Shown: in pieces, positions 26,914 through 37,508 of the stretch
Layout of the letters: each line of letters starts with the position of its first letter
Numbering within the stretch: position 1 is the first letter of the stretch
Source: a virus
Lineage: Duplodnaviria > Caudoviricetes
IMG/VR virus record: IMGVR_UViG_3300006737_000032
Coordinates: 1-62,439 of that record
Reading direction: 5' to 3' (one strand)
DNA length: 62,439 bases
Notes under the pieces: generated by a model
Told to the model about the DNA's origin: nothing
Database searches by the model: none
Seen by the model: the letters and a program-made list of their open reading frames with translations, nothing else
Position numbers and translations under genes: made by a program

Positions 26914-28952
26914 TCCAAATTTAAGGCCTCTAGGGCGAGTCTATTTTGCCTCAACTCTACAAAAGACAGGACTCTGTTGTACACTGAAGCAGAGTGCAGC
27001 TCACATGAAGAAACCGCGTTACTAGGTGGCAGTATGAAAGAGTTGTTGTTAGCGTATGGATATCTCATGCACATACCGCCGCTTTGGATCGCAGTCATGA
27101 GTATTCGGTCCTCTGAGTCGTCGAAGTACGGGTCCACTCGGTCGTGAAAGTGCCCGTCAAACCTCTTGTCACCTATTGATTTGGATATAGAGATGCCATT
27201 GACATGCGCAGACATAGTCTGTCCATTGAATGTGATGGCCAGATAGTTCCAGCTGTTATACTCGATAAGAGAACCCCCGCCACTTGTTTGATCGTCAGTG
27301 ATGTATAGGTCGTGATTTTGCGTGTAGGGACCTGGCGAACCAAGTGCGCTTGCTACGTCAAAAGGAATTGTGAAGTCAGAGTCTAAGTACTCTTGATACG
27401 ACACCCCATTGATATCTTCTTGATCGGGGGCACCCCTATGCCCAGGTTTTGGGTAGTCTTCCTTGGTTGTTCTCCAAGTGAAAAAGAATTTACCAGTGTC
27501 TGAATTTTCTCTTAAGTAGATAGGGTAGACTCCCGTACCATGAAGAGGTACAGTATACAGAATTTTGCTTCCAGGTGAAGTGGCCTGCAGTGGCTTGAAG
27601 AAGAACTCAAGCGTCATAGACGTGCTGACCCCCATCTTTCCAGGCTCTTGAGTGGTTGGGCCACAATGGTTTTGAAACGCAGGTGGTGATGTAGCAGGTG
27701 CCCCAGGGTTGCCGCCACCCAGTGGAAAGCATTGGAATGCGTCGAAGTATCGACGCTTTAACATGTCCTGGTTTATGTTGCTGGCACCCAAGTGAAAGTA
27801 AAGACTGGACTCAGGGAAGTTTGTTGTTTCCAGAGCAACTGGGTCGTTAGTATTCAACATCAAAAAACCAGAGTTTTCGTTGTAACTATCAAGGCTTCTG
27901 CCCCTGAAGTTCGCTCTTGTCTCTTCGTAAAAGTCTTCTCCAAGCTCCTTAAGGACTGGGTGAAAATCAAAGGCTAGATTTCTAAGAGGGAATATGTAGC
28001 CCTCTGCGGTATAAATATCCAGACCGTCAGAACTGGATACGCCTAGGTCGTGATTACTCGAAACAAAGTACGCTGTATCTGGGGTGTACGACTTGGGGGT
28101 AACTCTAAAGAAGCAACCATTCTTTACGAGCTCATCTTCAACGGTCGGGTCGAGCGGGGTGTCAATACAGATTGTGCCTACGTATTCCTTGGCCAACAAA
28201 AAGTCTTCTTCTGTCACGACCCCGTCACCATCAATATCAAACCTGATTGGAATTTGCGTGCTAAAATCATAGATACGCTCAATGTCAGACTGCGTAACGT
28301 ATCCGTCACCATCGACGTCAAGGGTGCATGGCTTAAACTGATCTGAGCCAAAGTCCTCTTCAACTCTTACTTCAGAAAAATTCTTTACATCATACAGCTC
28401 TGTAGGTCCCACCTCTAGCTTTTCTGCTAAATCTTTGACGCCAAGACGAATTGTTCCAATAGAGCCGCTGGTTACTGACTCGCCAAAGTCAGGGTATATC
28501 AAGTTGCAGATATCAATGGAGACAATGTTTTGTCCAAACGGAGATACTATCTCTTCAGCTCTAACGTTCAGTGAAAAATCTCTATCTGTCAAAGACAAGT
28601 CAGGGACAACGGTCTGTAGCTGAGTTGCAGTTATTTTTTCTTCAGCTACTGACTCTACAGGAGTTAAAATAGCATGGGGTGCGTCAACGTGCTTGGCGCC
28701 AACCATAGCCCCCTTGGTAGGGTGGATGTGATACGGACCAACATAAGGGTTTCCGTCAGGCGTCAAGAATTCTCCCCCACCTGTGTAAAGATTTTCTGAT
28801 ACTCCCGAGCCTTTAGCCTCAGGAAGCTCAGAGTAAGCGTTTGAAGTGTCACCACTTGAAGGCGTGCTAGGAGGCGCGCTAGGAGGCGCAACAGGACGTC
28901 TTCTTTGTCTGTTGTTGTTTGCAGAGGAGCCTGTAGTTCCGTAATAACTCAT
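26910..28952 (-). CDS. tail-associated protein with dockerin-like repeats and a LamG domain
   Basis: DVDGDGYVTQSD and DIDGDGVVTEED; MTLEFFFKP..WNYLAITFNG..HVNG..VYNRVLS. Confidence 0.7.
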   Translation of the reverse strand: MSYYGTTGSSANNNRQRRRPVAPPSAPPSTPSSGDTSNAYSELPEAKGSGVSENLYTGGGEFLTPDGNPYVGPYHIHPTKGAMVGAKHVDAPHAILTPVESVAEEKITATQLQTVVPDLSLTDRDFSLNVRAEEIVSPFGQNIVSIDICNLIYPDFGESVTSGSIGTIRLGVKDLAEKLEVGPTELYDVKNFSEVRVEEDFGSDQFKPCTLDVDGDGYVTQSDIERIYDFSTQIPIRFDIDGDGVVTEEDFLLAKEYVGTICIDTPLDPTVEDELVKNGCFFRVTPKSYTPDTAYFVSSNHDLGVSSSDGLDIYTAEGYIFPLRNLAFDFHPVLKELGEDFYEETRANFRGRSLDSYNENSGFLMLNTNDPVALETTNFPESSLYFHLGASNINQDMLKRRYFDAFQCFPLGGGNPGAPATSPPAFQNHCGPTTQEPGKMGVSTSMTLEFFFKPLQATSPGSKILYTVPLHGTGVYPIYLRENSDTGKFFFTWRTTKEDYPKPGHRGAPDQEDINGVSYQEYLDSDFTIPFDVASALGSPGPYTQNHDLYITDDQTSGGGSLIEYNSWNYLAITFNGQTMSAHVNGISISKSIGDKRFDGHFHDRVDPYFDDSEDRILMTAIQSGGMCMRYPYANNNSFILPPSNAVSSCELHSASVYNRVLSFVELRQNRLALEALNLE

Positions 28953-30451
28953 TACACTCCGTATTTTTGAGTAAGGAAGGTGTATTGGGTAGCTATGTCG
29001 GCCTCGCTAAAAGCCTGATTGTATGCTCTGAAGCTGTAGATATCAATGCCCCTGGACTGGTTAATTCCTCCTCCAGTCGACCGTCCTACCTTAAAGTTTG
29101 AGTTCGAGCGAATCAAAGCTATACCTGCAGTTCCTTGGGTTACGAGCTGCCCATCTATAAACAGCTTCGAGATGTTCGTGGCTGGATTGCTTGTAAACTG
29201 CACTACGCACTTCTTGCCAAACTGATTAAACCCGAAATCGTCTAAGCCCAGAAAGTCAGATTGATGACTCCTGTGAGTGTTCATCGTCCCACCACCAACA
29301 CCCTCAAGTTGAGATACGTATGGGTTGTTCGGGTTTGGACCTTGACCGTAATTACTGTCGACCCTCAACGTAAAACCTCTGTACGGGACGATCCCTTGGT
29401 CAACACCATTTTCATCTACGTACCATGGGAACAGTGCGTACTGATTAAGATTTGTAAGGTTGGGGCCATCAAGGAAAGTTCCAAAGTGCCACCCGCCATT
29501 TAAGTAGGTCTGATACCCCAGCCATGTGCATGAGGCAGGATGTGAGAGGACTGGCTTAGGACCACCAGGTCCAGTATACCCCGTCATATCAAGGCTGTTG
29601 GACTCGGTAATTCCCATTCTAAACACTACATCCCATGAGTACGCTTCGTCAGCTGCTGGTATAAAGTCCTCTTTGAATATGAGCACTGCATCCTCCCATG
29701 CATCTCCCGATCCGCTGAATGGTTCTTCCCATTGGTGACCTTGACGCTGGAAGTTACGCTGTTTTGTTAGTCCATCGCTATCACTATAGTAGACCCCAGT
29801 CTTAATACTTCCGTCAGCATTTTGATCTGGAATACCAGAATTACCACCAAGCACTGAAAAGTCATATCCGTTGCCTGATGAATCTACCCATACGTCTGAT
29901 CCGTCGTACTCAAAGCAGTCTAGGCTTAGCACTGGCTGAGGCACAGGTGGTGGATCACCTATTGGTGCATTGCACAGCGTGCCCACATACTGAAGCGCAA
30001 GCTGCCTGTCGTTTTCTGTGACAAGTCCACTGTTGTCAAGGTCGTAGTTTAGGTTCGTTGTGTTGACGTATATGTCGTACAGGTCTTGTACATCCTGAAC
30101 GGTAATGATCCCGTCTTGATTTCTGTCAAGCAAACACGGGTCAAAGTTCGAGTCAACAAACGTCACCACAGTGCTGAGACTTAATTTGTTTCCTACAAAA
30201 CCAGAAGGCTCAAACTGCTGAAGCTCATACTGAGCGATATCTTCTATTGCCTCAAACAGAATGTCCCCAAGAGACATACTGTCTCCGTATCCCTCCTGCA
30301 AGAAATCTACATTTCCATTGACGCGATCAATAGTTAAGTCGCACAAGTCAAAGCTTAGAGCTTGGCCCTGTGGGTTTGTTGGGGAGATTTCTCCCCCAGA
30401 GATAGTGGCTACAAACGCTCGCCCATCCGAAGAGATCTGAGTGCTCGGCAT
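28952..30451 (-). CDS. tail-associated protein with dockerin-like repeats and a LamG domain
   Basis: DRNQDGIITVQD and DLDNSGLVTEND; WVDSSGNGYD..KLFIDGQL..FRAYNQAFS. Confidence 0.7.
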   Translation of the reverse strand: MPSTQISSDGRAFVATISGGEISPTNPQGQALSFDLCDLTIDRVNGNVDFLQEGYGDSMSLGDILFEAIEDIAQYELQQFEPSGFVGNKLSLSTVVTFVDSNFDPCLLDRNQDGIITVQDVQDLYDIYVNTTNLNYDLDNSGLVTENDRQLALQYVGTLCNAPIGDPPPVPQPVLSLDCFEYDGSDVWVDSSGNGYDFSVLGGNSGIPDQNADGSIKTGVYYSDSDGLTKQRNFQRQGHQWEEPFSGSGDAWEDAVLIFKEDFIPAADEAYSWDVVFRMGITESNSLDMTGYTGPGGPKPVLSHPASCTWLGYQTYLNGGWHFGTFLDGPNLTNLNQYALFPWYVDENGVDQGIVPYRGFTLRVDSNYGQGPNPNNPYVSQLEGVGGGTMNTHRSHQSDFLGLDDFGFNQFGKKCVVQFTSNPATNISKLFIDGQLVTQGTAGIALIRSNSNFKVGRSTGGGINQSRGIDIYSFRAYNQAFSEADIATQYTFLTQKYGV

Positions 30452-30456
30452 GGTGT

Positions 30457-33400
30457 TTAGATTTCTTTAAACCTAAACCCTGGAGCTCCATCTATAATTC
30501 TTCCTGTAATAGTTATGCTGTCTGTGGGTAGTATTTCAACTCCAAGCGTATTGCTAACCTGAAGCTCTACGCGAACTCTGGCCCTTCTACCTGCTGGAAA
30601 GTTAGTTCCGTCAAAAGCGTAACTGTTGTTAACCGACTGAATAACATTGTCTTGATTGACAACAATCTGCCATGTACCGTTTTGCTGCTGAGCAAATGCT
30701 TGGTCCACCAAAACATCACCGATGTAGATATTGGCAACGACGTTACCAACTTGCAGATCCGTAGGGTCTACAAGATCTATGTTGAGAGGGAACGTAAATG
30801 ACTGCAGGTTGTCTCCGCCATTGTTGTACGTAACAGTAAACTCAGCCTGATAAGGTCCAATCATTGCCTGCAACGCAGACGTACTGTTGGCTGTTGGGTG
30901 CGCCGTAACTGTCAGAACTGACGACTCCCCAGGCTGTAGCTCGTAGCCAGTTATTGCAACGTCAAAGACGCCGAGCGGGTCGTTCAGGAAGGTTGAAGCA
31001 ATGAAGCTTACGCAGTCCCCGTCGTTCTGGAAAGAAGGTGCTGAATCCTCATATACCTCTGAACTTCCAATTCCAACTGCTCCAAAAGACACCCCGTTAG
31101 ATTCAACTCCAATAGAGTCAACCATAGACCCCAGAGCGCCTGGAGCACAGGGCGTATCGTCGGTGGTCTGAATACACGTTCCATTGTTGAACGTGGCTGT
31201 AGGGTTGTAGTTGAGAGAAGTTGGGTCGGTACAGCCATAAACAAGGTCAGGCTCAAAGTCGCTCGCAACAGAGTCGAGCGTCGTTGGTCTAAGCAGAGTT
31301 ACGAGGTACTCTTCTTTTACTGGGTCGTACCCGCCAACAACTCTAACGTCTTTTTTATCTGCCCTTCCAGACAAGTCAAGGATGTCTTGGAAGGCTTTTC
31401 TAAAGTACGTTGACATCTTAACATCAGAGATATCCTCTACGCCAGAACCTGATGAGAATCTAAACACCTTTCCTAAGGTCTTGTGCGCAAAGTATACGTC
31501 TTTGTCCACCTTAACAACAGACTCTGGGTTGTTGTCAGATCCGCCTCTTGTTGCATACACGCGCTCCTTACCAAGAACGTCATTCGCTGCAATCAACTGC
31601 TCTTGACCCGTAGCATTTGCCAGAAGGGTGGCCGACACGGGTACGAGTGTGACTCTGTCCTTTTGAATTACCAGAAGGTTCCCGTCGTAGTCACAGATAT
31701 AGTTGATGTTTCCGTAAGCTTCTTCAAGATCCTTGAATGGGAATGCTGGCAAGCTAAACGAAGAGTACCTAAATGCCCTGCCCTCTGGCTGGCTTTTCTC
31801 AGAGTAGATAAGACCAGTCTCTCTTCTTGTAGTTCTTGCATTTTGCACCACTACGTTCTGACGACCAAGGACGCCAAGCTTTGACGCGAATAGGTCGGAG
31901 GCGCTGTAGTCCTCTACAAATGCACTCAAGAAGTTTGACTTGTAGTCAACCTCACCATCAAACACTGTGATGTCTGGATTACCAATCAGAGGCGTATACT
32001 GACCAAGCGACTCTTCGTTAAAGTTGACGGCTGCCTGTCTGAAAAACACATCACCCTCGTTTGTTTGGATGTACGTTGTCGAGTGTTTTTTGTCTCCAGA
32101 GCTGGTTTCTAGCGTTCTGTAAACGTCACCAATCTCATAGTATACTCTGTTCTCGTCGTAAGTTGAAGGCTTCTTTGGAGAGAAGATTTCAAATATGACG
32201 TTCTGGTTCCACTTAGACTGCTCATCGGCGATCTCTGTGAAGTTAAATCCAGTTGCACTGGGGTTATTGTTGACAACTACAAACTCACCAATAAACTTCT
32301 GGTTTTCAAACTGATTGTTAAACGACCCTTCGCCTGTTGTCGCAGTAGTATCTCCGAGAGGGTTTGTGTATTCGTCGCTTGTAGGCAAAAGATTAACTAC
32401 CTCTACAACATCAAACACGTAGTTGTATGGGTATACTCTGTCATTGGCTTCGCCATAAGACAAAATTCTTAGCTTATCACCAACTGCATACCTGTACCTT
32501 ATATCTGTTTGGTCAACACCAATCGCACCAAACTCCTTGGTATGAGAGATTGGATGATTCTGGAGGTAGTGTAGGGGTATGTAAATCTTACCCTCGATAA
32601 CATCAGCGAGCTCTTCTCCATACTCTTGTATAAATGCATCGGAGGTGCTGTACTGAATGAAGTCACCGATCGTACTGTTTGGCGCATAAGCAAGCTGGTA
32701 TGCGTCTGCCCACTTTGGGGGGTCGTGAAATAACTGTACGCCGACATCTACTGCGCCCTTTGGAGCAGCCCTCTCTTCGTTGGAATATCCTGGTACATAA
32801 AAAGACCCAAGTGGATTGACAAAACTTCTTCTTCCAGCATCGTCATAATACACAACCCCCATGTTGTGGAATGCGCTCGTCTTAAATGACCTCGCTGTCT
32901 GCAGGCTGCTTGGGAAGAAGTCAAAGATCGGTGTAGAGAAAAACTCCGCTGTAGCACTTTCGCTTTCAAACGATACCCCAACGTTGGTGGTTGCGTTTAC
33001 ATAGTTTTTAGCAAGAGAGAATACGTTTCCGTTTTCAGTGTTACTGACTGGAGGAAACAGAATTGTCGATTCTGAAACTTCGTCTGAGTTTTCAAACAAA
33101 CCTATGGTATGATAGCCCTGTATCTGAGGCATCATAGATCTTGGCTGACCCCCAGTTCCATTGTCATAGTGGTCTTCAACAGTGGCTCCGTTTGGACCAA
33201 ATGATGCAGCCCTAAAGCCAAGCTTGTTCGTATCGCTGTTGCCGCTTGTAACGTGGCCTAGATAGATTTTACCAGTAAAGTATGGACCCAACAACACTCT
33301 TTCAAACGTTGACTGTCGGTCTGAAGATGCAATCGCTGATGGGTTGTACATCGCAATACCCAAGGCAGAATCTTTTCTGGCCTGAGTTACAAGGTCACTG

Positions 33401-36400
33401 GTAATTCCGTTGTCTGCATTAGGGAAGAACCCCCCAGGTCCGACTTCTCCATCCATAATAGAAAACGGGAAAAGCGCTGGTGGTGCTTCCGAAAGGCCCT
33501 GAAAAACACCCCCGATACCCCCCAATTGTGAGAACAACGTTGTCACGGCCTCCTCTGTGAGTAAGCTCTCTTGAATCATTAAGGCTCTGTCACTCTGACC
33601 AAATGGTAAGTTGACAGGTGAGGTTGTGGCGAGAGCAGGGTGAAAATGAATACTCGTTGCATATCCAATGGCATTGCGCATCGCAATTCCAAAGTGCCTA
33701 GCCTCTGGGTTTACGTTTCCATTTGAAAACGCATCGGCATGATCTGGCCCTCCAAACTCCGCTGTGTAACCCCCAGGCAAAAACCTTGTATTGGGCACGA
33801 CGCCATTGGCACTGATGTTGTCATCATACTCTTCGTCTGTGCTTGCACTAAACGTGGATGGGAGCCAGCCAATGTACTTGGTAGCCCTTGTGACATTGTA
33901 TAACTCGCTTTCTTGTATGAGAAGTGGATCAACGAGCGTGTTGGCTTGACCAGTGGCGCCATCCAAAAGACCAAAGATTTGGTCCTCAGTATTGTTTTGC
34001 ATTGAGCTTCTCTTGACAGCGACCCATGGGCTTTGACCATCAACCTGAGGCTTCCATTGCCTAATACACGTCCAAAGATCCAAGTTTTCAATCGACTTGA
34101 TACCAAGCTTAAAAACAAACGTGTCGTCATCAACATCGTCAAGGACAGACGAATCTTGCGCAGTAGCACCTGCATACGTCCCAACTTTAACCTGCTCTAG
34201 ATAAAAAGTAACCTTCTGTGTTTTGGCGATGACAGCAGCTCTGCAATACTTGTTGCCGTTTGGTTCTTCATCAAACGAACCAGCAGCCATCATAATCTTG
34301 TCTGCGTTGGCACTTCCTGGCTGTATCTGGCCATAGTCATCAAGAACCAAATTCTGATCTACAAATGGATTTATGGATCTATTCTGCACCACAAAACCAG
34401 ACTCAAAATTATCTCCAGAGTAATCAGAAATCGTAAGTGCTCTTTTTACAATTCTTTTTATGATTGATTTAGCGCCTCCGTTTTGATACTGATTTGTATT
34501 GCACAGAATATCTAACCTAAATGTAAGCGCGTCACCCTCCACAATGTATGGGTTTGCTGCACTGGTGCCCAGTTCAAACTGCTTAGAAAAACCGCCAGCG
34601 AAGCCAGCAACCCCATTGTTGAATCTTCTGGTCCAGTTCAGGGATGCAATGCCTGGAGTTCTTCCAAAGGCTCTGTATGCATTCTTAGCTACCTGAATTG
34701 CATAGTCTGCAGTCCCAGCAGTTTCATTACCAATCAAACTGCCGCCCCTCAGGAAGTTTTCTCCAGAGGACAGCGGGCTTGCGTACTTAAGTTCAACAAA
34801 GTTGTCGGTGTCGTCTTTCAGGCCACCCATCTGTCTTGATGCGTGGAAGCTGTCGCCCGATCCTGAAGGAGAGGCTTTCTCTGTGTTGTATATGTGCCAG
34901 TTTCTGCTTGGCTTTAGCGTTACAGAAATTCTAATCGTATCACCACTAGACACGTTATCAGGAACCTGATTAAAGCTAATAGAGAATCCTGCTGCCTTGT
35001 TCTGTACAACTCCACCCATTGGGGTTGGGCTAAACGCAGACGTATTAGCGTTAGTGAGGTTTAGAGGACTTTCATTTTGTTCTCTATCACTTGGGGAGAT
35101 AAACGTGTTAACAGTTCCAGCCGCTGCAAAAAGTTCGTCAGGTCTGTCAGCAGGTATAACTGTGATGTTTGATTCACACCGCACACCTTCGTACCCTTCT
35201 TGATAGTTTCCATAGACGAGTCTGTTGTCTACAACAGTCTGAGCCTCAGCCTTTTGAGGAACAGCATCAAAGAACTTATTGACCTCGTCTGGAGATATGG
35301 CTGTAGACACCCTATCGTTGTAGAAGTCAAATTCAAAATACCCGAAACCGTCTAGGGTGTAGTCGTCAGTTGATTTGACCTCATCGAGCAAGAAAGTGTT
35401 TCCGAACTCACCCTCTCTGGCCAGCACTCTTACAGCGATGATGTTGTACCAAGGCCTAGAGTCTCCGTTAAGTTGCGAAGAATAGAACGTTGGCACCCTG
35501 ACCTTGCAAAGGTTGAAGGACTGGTGATTGGGAGCTGGGTTGTCACCCTGAGCAATAACCGACGGAGGAAATGCTGACGGAGAGTACACCGATATCGGGC
35601 TCTCTGATCCATCAGCAAACACAAACTGATAAGAAAACTGAAACCCTGGAGCATCACTAAAGTTAGACGTGTTGCGTAGAGGGTCGTTGGTAAAGTTTAC
35701 CGTTGGTCTAATCAGCGGTGTAGGGCGCACGGCATGAGAGAAAATAATCTCTTCTGTCCCATTTGTTGGGAATCCCAGCTTGTGAAAGTTGGTGGCCGTA
35801 AAAGGCACCTGAGCGCTTGTGTAGTATCCATCAGAAACCTGAGTTCCCGAAACAGACGCTCCAGATACGACTGCTGCTGCGCCACCTGCAAAACTCAAGT
35901 AACACATAGACTGAACGACGTCAATCTTTTTGGGCTCACTGAGGTTGTCCGTGAAGTACAGGTGAATGCCCTTTTCAAATGTGTCTACAAACTTATTTGC
36001 AAGAGACGATGGGGTAAAGGCACTGCCTGGCAGCCCAACAGGAAAAGATGTTTCTTTGCTGTACACCACGTTACCCTGCACAACAGAGTCTTGCTTGAAG
36101 TTCAAAAAACTTCCCACGCACACAGTCCTTATGACGTGCTTTCTATCTGGCGCCCCATATGTAAGGAAGTTGGTATCAAAGGTCCCCCCAGTAGACTGAT
36201 TCACGTATTGCCTAGTGTACTCAGCTGGAAGCGAGAACACCCCATACGGATCGTACATCTCAATAGAGTGGCGAGATGGATCTTCATGATATACGAAGAA
36301 GAAAGCAACCTTCAGCCTGTCATCAACGACGCTTCCGACAACTTTTTGATCTCCGCTAAAAATGGCTGGGCCATCAATACCATTTAAGGCCTGGGCGCCA

Positions 36401-36597
36401 GCCTCAAGGCCCGTGGCAAACTCAACCAATGAGTTACCCTTTAGGTTTTTAACTACCCCCGCATCCCCACCTCCATCTTCACTAGATGCGTTGTCTCCAT
36501 ACACCACGTTTACGGCGTCAATGAGCGCTGTGCTGGGTACCAGCTTATAGTCCGTGCTCTTGTCTAGAGCTCGGGGGGTAATTTTATTGATAGCCAT
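30457..36597 (-). CDS. tail stabilization/nozzle-like protein, N-terminal major portion with added C-terminal Ig-like modules
   Basis: ALDKSTDYKLV..DAVNV, LYFTDN.SEPKKI, VPQKAEAQ..NRLVYGNY, GVVYYD..GR, NPES, GGYDP motifs; follows ring proteins. Confidence 0.75.
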   Translation of the reverse strand: MAINKITPRALDKSTDYKLVPSTALIDAVNVVYGDNASSEDGGGDAGVVKNLKGNSLVEFATGLEAGAQALNGIDGPAIFSGDQKVVGSVVDDRLKVAFFFVYHEDPSRHSIEMYDPYGVFSLPAEYTRQYVNQSTGGTFDTNFLTYGAPDRKHVIRTVCVGSFLNFKQDSVVQGNVVYSKETSFPVGLPGSAFTPSSLANKFVDTFEKGIHLYFTDNLSEPKKIDVVQSMCYLSFAGGAAAVVSGASVSGTQVSDGYYTSAQVPFTATNFHKLGFPTNGTEEIIFSHAVRPTPLIRPTVNFTNDPLRNTSNFSDAPGFQFSYQFVFADGSESPISVYSPSAFPPSVIAQGDNPAPNHQSFNLCKVRVPTFYSSQLNGDSRPWYNIIAVRVLAREGEFGNTFLLDEVKSTDDYTLDGFGYFEFDFYNDRVSTAISPDEVNKFFDAVPQKAEAQTVVDNRLVYGNYQEGYEGVRCESNITVIPADRPDELFAAAGTVNTFISPSDREQNESPLNLTNANTSAFSPTPMGGVVQNKAAGFSISFNQVPDNVSSGDTIRISVTLKPSRNWHIYNTEKASPSGSGDSFHASRQMGGLKDDTDNFVELKYASPLSSGENFLRGGSLIGNETAGTADYAIQVAKNAYRAFGRTPGIASLNWTRRFNNGVAGFAGGFSKQFELGTSAANPYIVEGDALTFRLDILCNTNQYQNGGAKSIIKRIVKRALTISDYSGDNFESGFVVQNRSINPFVDQNLVLDDYGQIQPGSANADKIMMAAGSFDEEPNGNKYCRAAVIAKTQKVTFYLEQVKVGTYAGATAQDSSVLDDVDDDTFVFKLGIKSIENLDLWTCIRQWKPQVDGQSPWVAVKRSSMQNNTEDQIFGLLDGATGQANTLVDPLLIQESELYNVTRATKYIGWLPSTFSASTDEEYDDNISANGVVPNTRFLPGGYTAEFGGPDHADAFSNGNVNPEARHFGIAMRNAIGYATSIHFHPALATTSPVNLPFGQSDRALMIQESLLTEEAVTTLFSQLGGIGGVFQGLSEAPPALFPFSIMDGEVGPGGFFPNADNGITSDLVTQARKDSALGIAMYNPSAIASSDRQSTFERVLLGPYFTGKIYLGHVTSGNSDTNKLGFRAASFGPNGATVEDHYDNGTGGQPRSMMPQIQGYHTIGLFENSDEVSESTILFPPVSNTENGNVFSLAKNYVNATTNVGVSFESESATAEFFSTPIFDFFPSSLQTARSFKTSAFHNMGVVYYDDAGRRSFVNPLGSFYVPGYSNEERAAPKGAVDVGVQLFHDPPKWADAYQLAYAPNSTIGDFIQYSTSDAFIQEYGEELADVIEGKIYIPLHYLQNHPISHTKEFGAIGVDQTDIRYRYAVGDKLRILSYGEANDRVYPYNYVFDVVEVVNLLPTSDEYTNPLGDTTATTGEGSFNNQFENQKFIGEFVVVNNNPSATGFNFTEIADEQSKWNQNVIFEIFSPKKPSTYDENRVYYEIGDVYRTLETSSGDKKHSTTYIQTNEGDVFFRQAAVNFNEESLGQYTPLIGNPDITVFDGEVDYKSNFLSAFVEDYSASDLFASKLGVLGRQNVVVQNARTTRRETGLIYSEKSQPEGRAFRYSSFSLPAFPFKDLEEAYGNINYICDYDGNLLVIQKDRVTLVPVSATLLANATGQEQLIAANDVLGKERVYATRGGSDNNPESVVKVDKDVYFAHKTLGKVFRFSSGSGVEDISDVKMSTYFRKAFQDILDLSGRADKKDVRVVGGYDPVKEEYLVTLLRPTTLDSVASDFEPDLVYGCTDPTSLNYNPTATFNNGTCIQTTDDTPCAPGALGSMVDSIGVESNGVSFGAVGIGSSEVYEDSAPSFQNDGDCVSFIASTFLNDPLGVFDVAITGYELQPGESSVLTVTAHPTANSTSALQAMIGPYQAEFTVTYNNGGDNLQSFTFPLNIDLVDPTDLQVGNVVANIYIGDVLVDQAFAQQQNGTWQIVVNQDNVIQSVNNSYAFDGTNFPAGRRARVRVELQVSNTLGVEILPTDSITITGRIIDGAPGFRFKEI

Positions 36598-37508
36598 TAG
36601 TACTTAGGTGCCTGCTTAAAGTTCTTTCTGATCGTCTTCAGAGCCTCTTCTTTGGTAAAGTTGCTCATTCTAGCGTTGGCCTTTCTTCGCTCGTTGTAAT
36701 ACTCAGAACGGGCTCTCGCCTTTTCGTTTGCAGGCACGCTAGACTTCCTTTCAATCAACTTGTAGTACATGTAGGACCGAAGAGCTTCTTCGATATACAC
36801 GTGAACCTCTGGATCAGATGACCTAGCCTCGTCCGCGATGTACTCAATAACTACCTCGCTGTAGTTGTTAGACGTGTCAATCTCGATTCTATTCTGATCA
36901 AGGTTGAGTCTGTACTCTCCGTGGTGGTGACCGCCGCCAATGCCGTACATACGACCAAAGCCACCCTCGTACAGGTAGTTGTCAAAGATGTAGTAGTCCC
37001 TTACGTCTCCATTGCCCTGCCCTGCGCCAGTAGTAGCGCTCTTGTCGTCCACTCGGTCTCCAATAGAGTTGTCGCTAATATCCATCGGGTTGGCATCAAA
37101 CACATCTGTGAGGGTGCCTGTAAGGGCTTCCTCAGTAACACCAGCAGGCAGTGAGCCCCCATACTTACCCTGATCGTCCAGCGATGTGTCGGTTGCTGTC
37201 TGCATTCTGCGAGACATGTTCAGATTCTTGTTCTGAGTGAACACGTAAAGCAGTCCGTCACTACCCACAACCCCAACCTTAGACAGGTCAACAAAGTCGT
37301 CAGGAAGTGAGACAGTGTTGTTTGTAGAGTTGATGCTCAGCTTAAGAGATTTTACCTTCTTACCAAGGTCAAATCCAATTTCTCGAATGCCACGAAGTGC
37401 AAAGTTTCTGATTGCAGAGTCTGATACATTGTTTGCAAAGTCATCAGAGTCAGATGTCAGAATGAAGTCCTTTACAAGCTGGCTAAGTTTTACTTTGTTA
37501 TGACTCAT
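36597..37508 (-). CDS. tail ring/adaptor protein
   Basis: ALRGIREIGFD..KSLKL..LPDDFV..VIEYIAD; position after the capsid cluster. Confidence 0.65.
   Translation of the reverse strand: MSHNKVKLSQLVKDFILTSDSDDFANNVSDSAIRNFALRGIREIGFDLGKKVKSLKLSINSTNNTVSLPDDFVDLSKVGVVGSDGLLYVFTQNKNLNMSRRMQTATDTSLDDQGKYGGSLPAGVTEEALTGTLTDVFDANPMDISDNSIGDRVDDKSATTGAGQGNGDVRDYYIFDNYLYEGGFGRMYGIGGGHHHGEYRLNLDQNRIEIDTSNNYSEVVIEYIADEARSSDPEVHVYIEEALRSYMYYKLIERKSSVPANEKARARSEYYNERRKANARMSNFTKEEALKTIRKNFKQAPKY

Noticed and set aside
24814-30451. Diversity-generating retroelement acting on the lectin-like genes
   Set aside because: No reverse transcriptase and no TR/VR repeat pair noticed.
23816-36597. Stop-codon reassignment explaining the fragmented tail region
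   Set aside because: The junctions are ATGA/TAATG overlaps or a short gap, not in-frame stops. Genes are full length in code 11 and no suppressor tRNA is present.
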